A stretch of DNA of 64,000 nucleotides from NCBI GenBank assembly GCA_041665945.1, contig JBAYHU010000002.1, forward strand, positions 43,350 to 107,349. Reading direction: 5' to 3'. The notes beneath the pieces are model-generated. The model made no database searches, was not told the DNA's origin, and saw nothing but the letters and a program-made list of their open reading frames with translations. Positions 1-9,230 of this stretch are shown here, in pieces. This DNA is from Candidatus Micrarchaeia archaeon (GTDB lineage: Archaea; Micrarchaeota; Micrarchaeia; Anstonellales; Anstonellaceae). The position numbers and the translations under genes were made by a program. Position 1 is the stretch's first letter, and every line of letters begins with the position of its first letter.

Positions 1-429
1 CGTCGAGCCGGAATAATCGGAGCTGTGCAGCGGCTTTTTTTCAGAAAAAACGCGCGAGCGGATTTTCATTTCAAGCGAGGGGATTGAAAGCCGGACGCGC
101 TCAAGCACCGCCTCGCCAACGTCTTTTGGAAGAAGCTCGTCCTTGAGCAGGAGGATTTTTTTGTGAAGCGCTTTTTCGCCGGCGGATAATGACAGCTGGT
201 CGAGTTTTCTTTTGAGGAGGAACCGCTCGACGTGGTTGAGCAATTTTTCCGCGCCGGCAATGCTTTTTTCGCTGAGCAAAAGGGATGCCACCGCGTTGAT
301 GTCTGCCGCGCCCTCGCCGAGAAGCTTTGCGAATTCGCGGAGAGCAAAAATCCTCGTGCGAAGATTCTCGGCGCGCACGGAGAATGCCGGCCCGGGCTTG
401 CGTTCGGGCTGGAGGACGGGTTTTTTCAT
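1..429 (-). CDS. Hypothetical protein, N-terminal part (gene continues beyond window start)
   Basis: Minus-strand frame from ATG at 429 to nt 1 has no stop and GC3-rich codon usage like its neighbours. The product (MKKPVLQPERKPGPAFSVRAENLRTRIF...) is helical, has no TM segment, and is not SecY-like although it occupies the position secY normally has downstream of L15. It is not in the supplied ORF table because it runs off the window edge. Confidence 0.35.
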   Translation of the reverse strand, partial: MKKPVLQPERKPGPAFSVRAENLRTRIFALREFAKLLGEGAADINAVASLLLSEKSIAGAEKLLNHVERFLLKRKLDQLSLSAGEKALHKKILLLKDELLPKDVGEAVLERVRLSIPSLEMKIRSRVFSEKKPLHSSDYSGST

Positions 430-555
430 AAAAACGCCCAGTGGCTTGCCGGAAAATTGTGGCTGGAAAAACGTATAATGGGAGCGTGCCGGAAAAAGAG
501 TGCAGATAAAATTAAAGGGATGAAAACTGGAAACAGATAAAAATGAAAAAAGAAC

Positions 556-1041
556 TTACTGCTTTTTCGCGGCAGCCTTCTTGGAGGCGGTTGCAGTCGC
601 CTTCATCTCCTTCTTCGCCGACACTGCCGTCGTGAAGGTGGAGGTTGAGCCGCCCGCAGCCTTTATTTTCTCAGCCGCGCCGCCCGAAAAGGATATTGCC
701 TTGACAACAACCGGCTTGGCAATCGAGCCTGCGCCCAATACCTTGCCTTCGAACTCGAAGTATGCCTTGCCCTCGCGCTTTTCCAATTTGTCAAGAGTCG
801 CGAGCTGGTCGATGACATGCAGGTTGATTGTCTTGATTTTGCCCTTCTTCAGGCTGGCGAAGCCGTGGACTCCGAAGAAGTCAGGCTCGTATGCCGTTAT
901 GTAGGTGAAGCGGTGCTTGTGCATTCCTGCGCGGCCCCAGCCTCCCTTGCCTCCCTTGCCTCGGCGGTTCTTCGTGTTGCCCTTGCCGTGGTTGCGGGAG
1001 CCGTTGAATTTCCTGTTCCGTTTCTTCTGCCTTGTCACCAT
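556..1041 (-). CDS. rpl15: 50S ribosomal protein L15 (uL15)
   Basis: MVTRQKKRNRKFNGSRNHGKGNTKNRRGKGGKGG... is typical of uL15. Position is after L30. The ATG is preceded by GAGGA; the ORF finder extended through an upstream TTG. The C-terminus carries a K/A-rich tail. Confidence 0.9.
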   Translation of the reverse strand: MVTRQKKRNRKFNGSRNHGKGNTKNRRGKGGKGGWGRAGMHKHRFTYITAYEPDFFGVHGFASLKKGKIKTINLHVIDQLATLDKLEKREGKAYFEFEGKVLGAGSIAKPVVVKAISFSGGAAEKIKAAGGSTSTFTTAVSAKKEMKATATASKKAAAKKQ

Positions 1042-1058
1042 GAAAACCAATCCTCAAT

Positions 1059-1505
1059 TTATGCCATCTTGGCTATGAGCCCCGAAATGTCGGCGTTCTT
1101 GCCAAGCGGGCCGTACGGGGTGCCGGACTTCCTGCTTCCGTCGAATCCGCCCTTGGGCGGGGAAAGTGCGAAGAGGTTTTTGACGCCGAAGTCCTCGAGC
1201 GACTTTTCGGACGCGAGGAATTCGGACGCGAGCTTCTCGATTTCGGCGGGCTTTTTCGTTGCGGACAGTTTCTTGCCGTCCACTCCCTTGCCGCGCTTGG
1301 AGAGGAGAAGCGCCATTGCCTTCTCGTCAATCTCGCCGTATGCGACCACGTCCTTTGCGATTTGGAGCATGCCCTTGGAACTCGGGGTGAGCGTGATTAT
1401 CGCGCACGAATAGAGCTTGTTGAGGCGCATGCACTCAAGCGTCTTCTCTATGGTGGGCGAAATCGAAAACAGCCCCTTCAAACGGATGATTGCTATCTTG
1501 CTCAT
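1059..1505 (-). CDS. rpl30: 50S ribosomal protein L30 (uL30)
   Basis: Archaeal L30P-like sequence. Lies between S5 and L15. SD AGGTG precedes the ATG. Confidence 0.88.
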   Translation of the reverse strand: MSKIAIIRLKGLFSISPTIEKTLECMRLNKLYSCAIITLTPSSKGMLQIAKDVVAYGEIDEKAMALLLSKRGKGVDGKKLSATKKPAEIEKLASEFLASEKSLEDFGVKNLFALSPPKGGFDGSRKSGTPYGPLGKNADISGLIAKMA

Positions 1506-2191
1506 GAGGACACCTGTTCAGACTTTTTGGATTCCTTTGTTTCCCTGTCTTCCCAGTTCCCGCTCACGCGCATGGAGCTGAGGTGCGAGAGGGCATCCAT
1601 GACTGCCATCGCGCTGTTGTAGATGTTGCGGGTCCTGCCGCGGGAGAAGCTCCAGACGTCCTTCACTCCTGCCGCGCCGAGAACCTTCTTCACCACGTCG
1701 TTCGCCACAATCCCCACGCCGAGCGGCGCGGGCTTGAGCGTGACTTCCACGCTCCCCACCTTGCCTATTACCTTGATGGGGATGGTGTGCTTCTGGTTGC
1801 CAGTGGCTGCTATCGGAACGGAAATCATGCTGCGCTTCGCGCTTTTCACCGCGGACTCGATTGCGGGCTTGACCTCTTCGCTCTTGCCCCAGCCGATGCC
1901 CACGTGGCCGTTCTTGTCGCCGACCAGCACCACCGCGCGGAACTGCGCCTTGCGCCCGTTCTTCGTCATGCGCTGCGTGCTTGAAACCGAAAGCGTCTCC
2001 TCGGTCAGGTTCGGGTAGAGGTGGTCCACTATTTCGTACTCAAGGACCTGCTTGCCCATGACGAATATCTCGTCAATGGAGGTTATCTGCCCGGATTTCA
2101 CCATCCTTCCGATATCGGTCTTGGGAATCCACTCGGGCTTCTCCTCTTCGTTGCGGTCGCGCCGCCTGTCGTTTCTGTAGAATCTTGCCAT
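1502..2191 (-). CDS. rps5: 30S ribosomal protein S5 (uS5)
   Basis: Carries S5 motifs (...VGDKNGHVGIGWGKS...). Conserved position after L18. Confidence 0.93.
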   Translation of the reverse strand: MARFYRNDRRRDRNEEEKPEWIPKTDIGRMVKSGQITSIDEIFVMGKQVLEYEIVDHLYPNLTEETLSVSSTQRMTKNGRKAQFRAVVLVGDKNGHVGIGWGKSEEVKPAIESAVKSAKRSMISVPIAATGNQKHTIPIKVIGKVGSVEVTLKPAPLGVGIVANDVVKKVLGAAGVKDVWSFSRGRTRNIYNSAMAVMDALSHLSSMRVSGNWEDRETKESKKSEQVSS

Positions 2192-2199
2192 TTATCCAC

Positions 2200-2784
2200 C
2201 TAAAGCTTGCTTATCTTGCCCTTCGTTGCGTTGAACGCCTCGACCATCTTCTCAGGCTCGAACTTCTCCTTTATGTACGAGGAGAAGAGCTTGGAGTATT
2301 TCGCCGGGTCTGATGCCTTGAGGGACTTTGCGTACGCGGCAATCGTCGCGCCGGTCATCCTCTCCTCGGTAATCATCTCGTCCGTGTAATTCGTTGTGAG
2401 CCCGGCGTCGATTGCGCCCTTGAGCGCGGCGAAGAGTATCGAGCCCTTGCTCGGAGTCTGCATGCCGATGTCGAGGTTGAACGCCTTGGCGCCCTTCTTC
2501 GCAGCCAACCGCGCGGAAAGCATTCCACAGAGGTAGGCGGTCGGGGCGTTGCAGCGGGGGGACCATCCGTACTGGGATAGCCCGCTCGAGCGCACGGATG
2601 AAAGCATCTTGTCGCCTTCAAGCGAGTATTCGATGAACTGAACGAGCACTCCTGTCGAGGATTTCCTCACAACCATGCGTGGCGCGTCGCCCTTGACAAG
2701 CGCGAGGCGCTTGGCGTAGTTGGTCAGGTTCTTCCTGCGGCGCCTGAATGCCACTTTGTATACCGGCCCTGTTGCGTGTCCCAC
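2200..2784 (-). CDS. rpl18: 50S ribosomal protein L18 (uL18)
   Basis: ATGPVYKVAFRRRRK... is an L18 N-terminus. A GTG start is preferred, preceded by GTGAT-TAT. The ORF finder begins upstream at a TTG. Confidence 0.88.
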   Translation of the reverse strand: MGHATGPVYKVAFRRRRKNLTNYAKRLALVKGDAPRMVVRKSSTGVLVQFIEYSLEGDKMLSSVRSSGLSQYGWSPRCNAPTAYLCGMLSARLAAKKGAKAFNLDIGMQTPSKGSILFAALKGAIDAGLTTNYTDEMITEERMTGATIAAYAKSLKASDPAKYSKLFSSYIKEKFEPEKMVEAFNATKGKISKL

Positions 2785-2812
2785 ATAATCACATCGTTTC
2801 AATCGTAATCGT

Positions 2813-3361
2813 TTACTGCTTCTTTACTTCTGTCTTTGCTTCATTTTTGGCACTTGCCTTTGCCCCTTTCTGGGCGTCTTTCCGGGAGTCGATGCGAACC
2901 CGCTCGACTTTCTCGGACGACAAAAGCTTGTTGTCCCTGAGGTATGTCTCAAGAACCTTCACGCCCTTGAAAGCGTTGCCCTTTACCATGAGATAAATCT
3001 TGCGGGATGACTCTTCAGGCACACGGCCTGATTCCACAAGCCTGCGGAGGAGCTTCCTCTGCGAGCGGATTTTCGCCATCCACGCGAGCTTGTCGCCCGT
3101 GCGGGTGCTGAAGGTTCCCTTGCGGCTGCCCGTGCCAGAGCGGCGGCCCTTGCGCTTCTGAGCCTGCTTCTTCTTCGCGCGAACGCGGGAAACGCCGCGC
3201 TTTGCAATCGCGGTTATGTCGCCTTCGCGTATGAGCGCGCGCACGTCCTCGCGGGTGAGCGCCTCCTCTATCTTTCCGAGCGACTCCGGGTTGAAGCGTA
3301 TCTTGGATTCGCCGATTCCCATTATCTCGGACGCAATCCTTCGGACGTTTTTCATTGCCAT
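2813..3361 (-). CDS. rpl19e: 50S ribosomal protein L19e
   Basis: MAMKNVRRIASEIMGIGESKIRF... is L19e. SD GGTGA-aattt-ATG. Confidence 0.9.
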   Translation of the reverse strand: MAMKNVRRIASEIMGIGESKIRFNPESLGKIEEALTREDVRALIREGDITAIAKRGVSRVRAKKKQAQKRKGRRSGTGSRKGTFSTRTGDKLAWMAKIRSQRKLLRRLVESGRVPEESSRKIYLMVKGNAFKGVKVLETYLRDNKLLSSEKVERVRIDSRKDAQKGAKASAKNEAKTEVKKQ

Positions 3362-3415
3362 GAAATTTCACCAAATTTCAGACATCGAGCGCAGCTCGAT
3401 GCTGATAAATATCAC

Positions 3416-3913
3416 TTAATTGACTGCCTTCTTCGCGGGCTCCGCAGCCTTGGGTGCCTCGGCCTTGGGCGTTTCGGCTTTTGGAGTTTCGGCCCTTGTC
3501 TTGGGCTCTTCTGCCTTCTTTGCATCGGCCCTTGTCTTCGCAACCTTCGGCTTCTTGACCGGGTAGTTCTTGCTCTTGTTGACCACGTGAATCTTCGCGG
3601 CCTCGCAGAGCTTGATGATTGCCTCGCGCTTCACGCGGCCCACTCCGCCCGCGATGCGGACAACGACGTCCTTCAGGCCTTTCAGCTCTGCCGGAGTCTG
3701 CACGATTATCTCGTCAAGCCCCTTGGGGTGCTTGCCCTTCAGGACAAGGGGCTGCCCGTATCCGATGGATGGCGAGCATCCCATGTACTTTATCTTCGCG
3801 CGCTTCTTGTTGTCGATTCCGCGCGGGCGGCGCCATGCGAGCTTTATCCTGCTCCTGCTGCTTCTTCCGTAGTTGGGGCGCAGGAATTTCGGGTGAGTGC
3901 GTTTCGTTGCCAT
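3416..3913 (-). CDS. rpl32e: 50S ribosomal protein L32e
   Basis: MATKRTHPKFLRPNYGRSSRSRIKLAWRRPRGIDNK... is L32e. C-terminal ETPKAETPKAEAPKA low-complexity tail. Start set at the ATG after GTGATTTTT. Confidence 0.88.
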   Translation of the reverse strand: MATKRTHPKFLRPNYGRSSRSRIKLAWRRPRGIDNKKRAKIKYMGCSPSIGYGQPLVLKGKHPKGLDEIIVQTPAELKGLKDVVVRIAGGVGRVKREAIIKLCEAAKIHVVNKSKNYPVKKPKVAKTRADAKKAEEPKTRAETPKAETPKAEAPKAAEPAKKAVN

Positions 3914-3927
3914 AAAAATCACAATAT

Positions 3928-4413
3928 TCATTCTTCAACGACGTAGTATCCGTCCTGGAACACGCGAGAGTCGCGGTTGCGGATTTTCGTCGCCATCTTC
4001 AGGTTGGAATATGTCTGCCCGACTTCATCCTTGCTGATGCCGGAGATTGTCATGTCCTGCCCCTTTGCCTCGACTTTCGTCTGCCCGATGATTTTCACGC
4101 GGCGGGGCTGCTTCTCCCCGAGGAAGTTCTTGACGAGCATTTCCTTGCCCTTCATCTCGATTGCAATCGGGAAGTGGGCGAAGATGGACTTGAGCTTCAT
4201 CGAGTATCCCTTGGTGACGCCGTTCGCCATGTTGCGCACGTGCGTCTCCACGGTCGTGGTTATCTTGTTCGAGCCGCTTGCGACAAACTCGTCGCCCTTC
4301 ATCGCGAATGTGAGGCCCGGGTAGGTGAAAGACCTGGTGAGCGTGCCCTTGGCGCCGCTGACCGTGACTGTCTTTCCCGCAACCGATACCTTTGCTCCTT
4401 CAGGAATTTTCAT
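3928..4413 (-). CDS. rpl6: 50S ribosomal protein L6 (uL6)
   Basis: uL6-like two-domain sequence. Conserved position between S8 and L32e. Confidence 0.92.
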   Translation of the reverse strand: MKIPEGAKVSVAGKTVTVSGAKGTLTRSFTYPGLTFAMKGDEFVASGSNKITTTVETHVRNMANGVTKGYSMKLKSIFAHFPIAIEMKGKEMLVKNFLGEKQPRRVKIIGQTKVEAKGQDMTISGISKDEVGQTYSNLKMATKIRNRDSRVFQDGYYVVEE

Positions 4414-4425
4414 TTCAACCAACCT

Positions 4426-4812
4426 TTAGTAAACGAACGCCAGCAATCTTCCGCCGAGTCCCTTGCCCTTGGCTTCCGTGTGAGTCATGAGCCCCTGCGG
4501 GGTTGACACCACGAACATGCCGAATCCGCTGCCCGGGAGGTACTTGGATTCCCAGTCGTTCCAGTCGCTGCGCTTGACCGCGAAGCGGGGCTTGACAGCT
4601 CCGCACTTGTTTATCTTGCCAAGCAGCTTTATCTTGAAGTAACCGCTCTTGCCATCGTCGACGAACTCGAAGTCGCCGATGTAGCCGGTGCGCTGGAGAA
4701 TCTTCAGGGTCTCCCTGACCAGCTTGCTCGGTTTTACCTCGCATACCTGCTTGCTGAACGTCTCGTGCGTTCTTATCGAGTTCAGCGCGTCTGCGAGCGG
4801 ATCGTTTGCCAT
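4426..4812 (-). CDS. rps8: 30S ribosomal protein S8 (uS8)
   Basis: MANDPLADALNSIRTHE... is S8. The ORF finder extended 42 codons upstream. SD GAGGGATGAT precedes the chosen ATG. Confidence 0.9.
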   Translation of the reverse strand: MANDPLADALNSIRTHETFSKQVCEVKPSKLVRETLKILQRTGYIGDFEFVDDGKSGYFKIKLLGKINKCGAVKPRFAVKRSDWNDWESKYLPGSGFGMFVVSTPQGLMTHTEAKGKGLGGRLLAFVY

Positions 4813-4829
4813 ATCATCCCTCAGTAATA

Positions 4830-5012
4830 TCAATACTTGCGGAAGCCGACTTCCTCGGCGACCTCTCTGAAGCAACGGCGGCATATCCGCAGGTTGTATG
4901 AGCGGATCAGCGCGCGGGCGGATCTGCAGAACCTGCATTTCCTCATGCCCTTGCCCTGATACTTGTGCTCAGGCGGAACGCCGTGCGACTTCTTCTTCTT
5001 TTCATCAGCCAT
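4830..5012 (-). CDS. rps14: 30S ribosomal protein S14 type Z (uS14, zinc-binding)
   Basis: C-x2-C...C-x2-C (CRFCRS...CRRC). About 60 aa. SD AGGAGG precedes the ATG at MADEKKKK. Confidence 0.85.
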   Translation of the reverse strand: MADEKKKKSHGVPPEHKYQGKGMRKCRFCRSARALIRSYNLRICRRCFREVAEEVGFRKY

Positions 5013-5029
5013 GAATATTCCTCCTGAAA

Positions 5030-5539
5030 TCATTGGACGGTAATCGCGAACGTTGATTTCGCGAACTCCATGCCGTCATCCTTTGTGAGGCGGTGCGTCT
5101 TGCCTATCTTGGACTTGCCGCGCCTGCGCCTCACCACGCGGTAGCCGCGGCGGCGAAGAGTTATGCAGACATCGAAGCCCATCATCCCGATTTGCGGGTC
5201 GTACTTCGCCCCGGGGAACTCGATGTATTCGGGGACCCCGAAGGAGAAATTGCCCTCCTTGTCGAACGATTTTACGGGAAGCGTGAATGCCTTGACCTTG
5301 AGCGCTTTTTTGACGAACTCGATTGCGGACGGCCCGCGGAGCGTCGCCTTGGTGCCGATGATGTCCCCCTTCTTTATCTTGAAGACGGGGTTGCGCACCT
5401 TCGCGTGCGTAGGCACGGCCTTGGCTCCCGAGAGCCGCTCAAGAAGCGTCTTGGCGTTCTCAAGCTCCTGCCCGGCCCTTCCAATGCCGATGTTGAGCGT
5501 CACTTTGTCGACGATAACATCCTTCATCTTGTTTTCCAT
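5030..5539 (-). CDS. rpl5: 50S ribosomal protein L5 (uL5)
   Basis: uL5 sequence. Conserved position. SD GGTGA precedes the ATG. Confidence 0.92.
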   Translation of the reverse strand: MENKMKDVIVDKVTLNIGIGRAGQELENAKTLLERLSGAKAVPTHAKVRNPVFKIKKGDIIGTKATLRGPSAIEFVKKALKVKAFTLPVKSFDKEGNFSFGVPEYIEFPGAKYDPQIGMMGFDVCITLRRRGYRVVRRRRGKSKIGKTHRLTKDDGMEFAKSTFAITVQ

Positions 5540-5578
5540 TGCTCTTCACCATTGTGCAAATATGTTTTCCAATCCAAT

Positions 5579-6280
5579 CTATGCGTAGTTCCCGTCAATC
5601 AGGAACAGGTATCTTGCTATCGTGATGAACTGCCCGGACGGGCCGGTCATGAGGACCTCGGACTCGTGCGAGCCAGGCCTCTCGATTACCTTGTCCAATT
5701 TCGCCCGCTCTCCGCGGTGCTTGCCCTCGACCACGAGGCAGTCCGCGCCCGGCGCGAACTTGATGTGCGAGACCAGCTTGAACTCCGGCAGGGAGAACAC
5801 GCATGTGTCGCCCGTGGAGATGTGCTTGTCGCCGAGGTAATTCCTTCCGTCGTGGAACGTGATTTGCGTCTTTGCACCCTTTATGGTCTGCTTGCCCGTG
5901 ACCTTAAGGTACTTGCGACTCGCCGCCTCCCCGCTTATCGCCTTGGGGACGAGGTTGGGGCCGGAAAGCTCCATGCGATAGGACTTCTTCTCGACGGGCT
6001 CGGACACTATGTCCATGATTCCGATTGGGTACTTGGGCTCGGAAATCTTCTTTCCGTCCACGAGCACCGCGCCCATGTTCAGGAGTTTCTTGACCTCGTG
6101 CAGGTTCTGCGCGCGCCCGAGCACGTCGCGGATGAGAACTCCCGCGGAGATGCTCTCGAGCTTCTTGTGCGGGCCTGGCGAGGGAGCGAGCAGCCACTTG
6201 ACCGCTTTTCGCTTGACTACGCCGAGCCTCTTGTTTGCGCGCATGCGCACGAAGTGGTGTGAACCGCCTTTTTTGGACAT
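5579..6280 (-). CDS. rps4e: 30S ribosomal protein S4e
   Basis: MSKKGGSHHFVRMRANKRLG... is an S4e N-terminus. Length 233 aa. Confidence 0.92.
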   Translation of the reverse strand: MSKKGGSHHFVRMRANKRLGVVKRKAVKWLLAPSPGPHKKLESISAGVLIRDVLGRAQNLHEVKKLLNMGAVLVDGKKISEPKYPIGIMDIVSEPVEKKSYRMELSGPNLVPKAISGEAASRKYLKVTGKQTIKGAKTQITFHDGRNYLGDKHISTGDTCVFSLPEFKLVSHIKFAPGADCLVVEGKHRGERAKLDKVIERPGSHESEVLMTGPSGQFITIARYLFLIDGNYA

Positions 6281-6299
6281 AATATCAACCTTGCAATAA

Positions 6300-6674
6300 T
6301 TACTGCTTCTTCTTGCCTGACCTCTGTATCATTTCCAGCCTGTCCTTGGAGAACTCCCCCTCCAAAAGCAGGAGGTTGGACGGGTCCACGGGCATGAGCT
6401 TCTCGATTCCCTTCGCATTCTTCTGAGTGTAGCCCTCGACATATACCTTCAGGTCGTTGAGCTCCACTTCAAGTATCTTGCCTGTAAGCCCCTTGCGCTC
6501 GCCGCGCATTACCTTCACCCTGTCGCCCTTGTGGGCCGGGACGCTTCTGCGAGCGGTGCCGAGCTTCGCTTTCAGTTCCTTTGAAACGTGCACTGCCACC
6601 ATCTTCTTCCTCTGGTGCATGGGCGCGTTGTAGCGGAACTTCCTCTGCTTTCGCGGCTGTATTGAATTCTCCAT
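6300..6674 (-). CDS. rpl24: 50S ribosomal protein L24 (uL24)
   Basis: KOW-type L24. GTGATGATT-ATG context; start set at the ATG of MENSIQ. Confidence 0.9.
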   Translation of the reverse strand: MENSIQPRKQRKFRYNAPMHQRKKMVAVHVSKELKAKLGTARRSVPAHKGDRVKVMRGERKGLTGKILEVELNDLKVYVEGYTQKNAKGIEKLMPVDPSNLLLLEGEFSKDRLEMIQRSGKKKQ

Positions 6675-6684
6675 AATCATCACT

Positions 6685-7083
6685 TTACACTACTGCTGCG
6701 GCGATTGCCGCGACTTTGGGGAAGCGCGTCGCCACTTCGCGGGCGATGACTCCCTTGATTTCCGTGCCGACGGGCAGCCCCTGGTCGTCGATTATGACGC
6801 AGGCGTTGTCCTCGAAGGAAATCCTCATGCCGTTGGGGCGCCTGAAGTGCTGCGCCTGGCGCACCACCACCGCCTTGAGGACCTTCTTCTTCATGGCAGC
6901 GGAGCCCTTCTTGACTGCGACCGTAATTATGTCGCCGATGCCGACCTTGGGGTACATGGCGCGCTTCGCCTTTGCACCCTTCACGCCGATTATCATGACC
7001 ATCTTGGCGCCCGAGTTGTCGTTGCAAATGAGCACCGAACCGGTCTGCAGGCCCTTTGTGATGTGTCCGCCCAATCCTTTCAT
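6685..7083 (-). CDS. rpl14: 50S ribosomal protein L14 (uL14)
   Basis: Highly conserved uL14 sequence. Confidence 0.94.
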   Translation of the reverse strand: MKGLGGHITKGLQTGSVLICNDNSGAKMVMIIGVKGAKAKRAMYPKVGIGDIITVAVKKGSAAMKKKVLKAVVVRQAQHFRRPNGMRISFEDNACVIIDDQGLPVGTEIKGVIAREVATRFPKVAAIAAAVV

Positions 7084-7112
7084 AGTATCAACTTTTCATC
7101 CAACGATGGAAA

Positions 7113-7517
7113 TTATTCTTCCTTTTTCGCCTCTTCCTTCACGGGAAGCTCGGCGCGCTTGACCTCGGCTTTCTTCAGGCGGTCGGCTTCCTCGCCGAGA
7201 GCCCTGCCTCCTTTCGCTTCGATGACCACGATGCCGCGGGCGCGCTCGGTCACTTTCGTGACGGTCCACGCCTTTGTCTTTGAAATCTTCCTGCATTCCG
7301 CTATCTCGACCATGTCGCCGAGCTTCGCTCCGACCGCGTCGGGGTTGTGCACCGGCACGCGGCTCTTGCTTCTTGCGGAGCGCGCGTACTTGGGGAAGCG
7401 CTCGAGTGTCTCCCACTCGACGATGACCGTCCTCTTGGAGCGGTCGCTGACGACCTTGCCCGTGCGGACGTGCCCGCGCGGGACAATCGGGCCTTTCCTG
7501 CTTGGATTTTCAACCAT
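7113..7517 (-). CDS. rps17: 30S ribosomal protein S17 (uS17)
   Basis: OB-fold S17 with a K/E-rich C-terminal extension. Start at the ATG after GTAATATTT. Confidence 0.88.
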   Translation of the reverse strand: MVENPSRKGPIVPRGHVRTGKVVSDRSKRTVIVEWETLERFPKYARSARSKSRVPVHNPDAVGAKLGDMVEIAECRKISKTKAWTVTKVTERARGIVVIEAKGGRALGEEADRLKKAEVKRAELPVKEEAKKEE

Positions 7518-7543
7518 AAATATTACCTCGGACATTGCAAACA

Positions 7544-7816
7544 TCATTTCAGTTTCTTCGGACGGTCATATGGCCTGAACACAATCTTGTCCCCAACGAG
7601 GTCCGCGGTTTTCCCTCCGGCGAGCCGGAAACGGAAAACGCATCCCTTTTTGGGCACGGTTTTCTCTGTCCCATCCCCCGTGCGAAGCACGAGCGTGTTC
7701 TTGGTTTCGTCAACCACGATTCCCTCAAGCCCCTCATGCGGAAGCGAAAGCGCGCGTTGCACTTTTGCCCGCAGGCCGATGAATTCGTGGATGCGGAGAT
7801 TCTGCGGCGTTATCAT
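7544..7816 (-). CDS. rnp1: RNase P protein component 1 (Rpp29/Pop4)
   Basis: GIVVDETKNTLVL...KKGCVFRF matches the archaeal Rpp29 Sm-like domain. Canonical position between SUI1 and S17. The ORF finder over-extended the 5' end; start at MITPQNL with AGGTG upstream. Confidence 0.8.
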   Translation of the reverse strand: MITPQNLRIHEFIGLRAKVQRALSLPHEGLEGIVVDETKNTLVLRTGDGTEKTVPKKGCVFRFRLAGGKTADLVGDKIVFRPYDRPKKLK

Positions 7817-7827
7817 AATCGCCACAC

Positions 7828-8145
7828 CTACTGCAGGTTTTCCATGACGGTAATGCTGCCCTCGGGATAGCCGAAGTTCACCAGGGCTTTCCTGATGTTC
7901 TTGCGCTGGTCCCCTTGCAGGACAATCACGCCGTCCTTTACGGTTCCGCCGCACGCGAGCTTCTTCTTCAGTTCCTTGCCGGTCTCATCGAGCTTTGCCT
8001 TGTCGATGCCCTCGACGACTGTCACCAGTTTCCGGAACCTTTTCTTCGTCGCGTATGCGCGGATTCTCTGCGTCTCCTCCTTTTCGAGGATGTCGCAGGA
8101 GCAAATCTCCTTTATCAAACCGCATTTCGGACAGATATCAGCCAA
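7828..8145 (-). CDS. Translation initiation factor SUI1/eIF1 family (with N-terminal Zn ribbon)
   Basis: C-P-K-C-G...C-S-C ribbon plus a SUI1 domain (...GGTVKDGVIVLQGDQRKNIRKALVNFGY...). Apparent TTG start preceded by GGTGGA. Confidence 0.85.
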   Translation of the reverse strand: MADICPKCGLIKEICSCDILEKEETQRIRAYATKKRFRKLVTVVEGIDKAKLDETGKELKKKLACGGTVKDGVIVLQGDQRKNIRKALVNFGYPEGSITVMENLQ

Positions 8146-8200
8146 TTTCGTCCACCTTCCACGACCGCTTCCGCAGCCGTATATTTTTCATATATTAACG

Positions 8201-8473
8201 TTACTTCTTTGCCTCGGCTTTTTTCGCCGGCTCTTCTTTCTTGCCTGCGAAAGCCTTGACTTTCCGAACAATGCCGAGTTTCCTCTCGTGCAGGATGGTC
8301 AGGATGCGCGCCACGGACTTCCTAAGCTCGCTGACCTTCCCGGTGTTGGACGCCCTGCCTCCTGCCGCAAGCAGCCCGCGCTCGGAGTTGAGCTCCTTCT
8401 GGAAGTCAAAAAGCTTGGTCTGCAGTTCCGCATCGGACATTTCCCGCAGCTTGCTCTTCTTGATTATTGCCAT
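8201..8473 (-). CDS. rpl29: 50S ribosomal protein L29 (uL29)
   Basis: MAIIKKSKLREMSDAELQTKLFDFQKEL... is L29. K/A/E-rich tail. Confidence 0.85.
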   Translation of the reverse strand: MAIIKKSKLREMSDAELQTKLFDFQKELNSERGLLAAGGRASNTGKVSELRKSVARILTILHERKLGIVRKVKAFAGKKEEPAKKAEAKK

Positions 8474-8485
8474 ATGAATCAACAC

Positions 8486-9214
8486 TTACCTTCTCCTCTG
8501 CATCGGGCGCCTCTTCTTCATGGGCATGGGCGTCACCTTGGGCGCCACTTCCATGGGCGTTGATGCCGTGACGTCGGCTGCTCCGGAGATGACCCTCGGA
8601 AGCTCTATCTTCGCGCCGGACACCTTGTCGGGGAAGACGGTTCCCGGGAGGACAATCCTCACGAGCACGCCGATTGCGCCCGACTTGGGGTACGCAGTCA
8701 CGTGCGACACGGCAACCTGCCTTGCCGGCTCGCCTGCCTTTGGAATATAACCTGCCATGACGCGCAGCTTCTTGCTCCTGCCGCCTTTCGCGGCAATCTT
8801 GCCGGATGCGACGATTTCCGCGCCGAGTGCGCCTGCGCGCATGGCGTCACGGAGAGCCACGTGGAGGATTGCGCGGATTTTCTTCCCCATTTCAATGTAC
8901 TTGCAAATCCTCTTCGCAACGAGGCGCGGCTCGATGTTCTGGTTCGTGGATTCCACGACCGAAATCTGCGGGTTTTCTATCTTGAATTCCTTGTGGATTG
9001 CGTCGGTGAGGTCCTGTATGCTCTTGCCGCGCTTGCCGATTACCCTTCCCGGGTTGGTCACTTCGACCGCGATGCGCGTCACCATCGGGGTGCGCTGGAT
9101 GCCTACGCGGGAAAACCCTGCGCGGTCAAGCTCGTGCTCGAGGAACTTGGACACGCGGTAGCGCGTGATTGCGTCCTCGATGAACTTTTCCTCGACTTTC
9201 TGTTTGTCTCCCAT
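8486..9214 (-). CDS. rps3: 30S ribosomal protein S3 (uS3)
   Basis: KH-domain S3. GTGATATTT-ATG context. Confidence 0.93.
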   Translation of the reverse strand: MGDKQKVEEKFIEDAITRYRVSKFLEHELDRAGFSRVGIQRTPMVTRIAVEVTNPGRVIGKRGKSIQDLTDAIHKEFKIENPQISVVESTNQNIEPRLVAKRICKYIEMGKKIRAILHVALRDAMRAGALGAEIVASGKIAAKGGRSKKLRVMAGYIPKAGEPARQVAVSHVTAYPKSGAIGVLVRIVLPGTVFPDKVSGAKIELPRVISGAADVTASTPMEVAPKVTPMPMKKRRPMQRRR

Positions 9215-9230
9215 AAATATCACATGTCAG

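Noticed and set aside
5093-6262. 389-aa plus-strand ORF antisense to L5 and S4e, and similar long antisense ORFs (10969-12696, 8702-9574, 19563-20216, 19880-20530, 25740-26600, 29371-30345, 33815-34537, 55772-56779, 61009-62046)
   Set aside because: They lie opposite strongly supported conserved genes. Their products are Arg/Ala/Pro-rich low-complexity sequences typical of stop-poor antisense frames in GC-rich DNA, with no start context.
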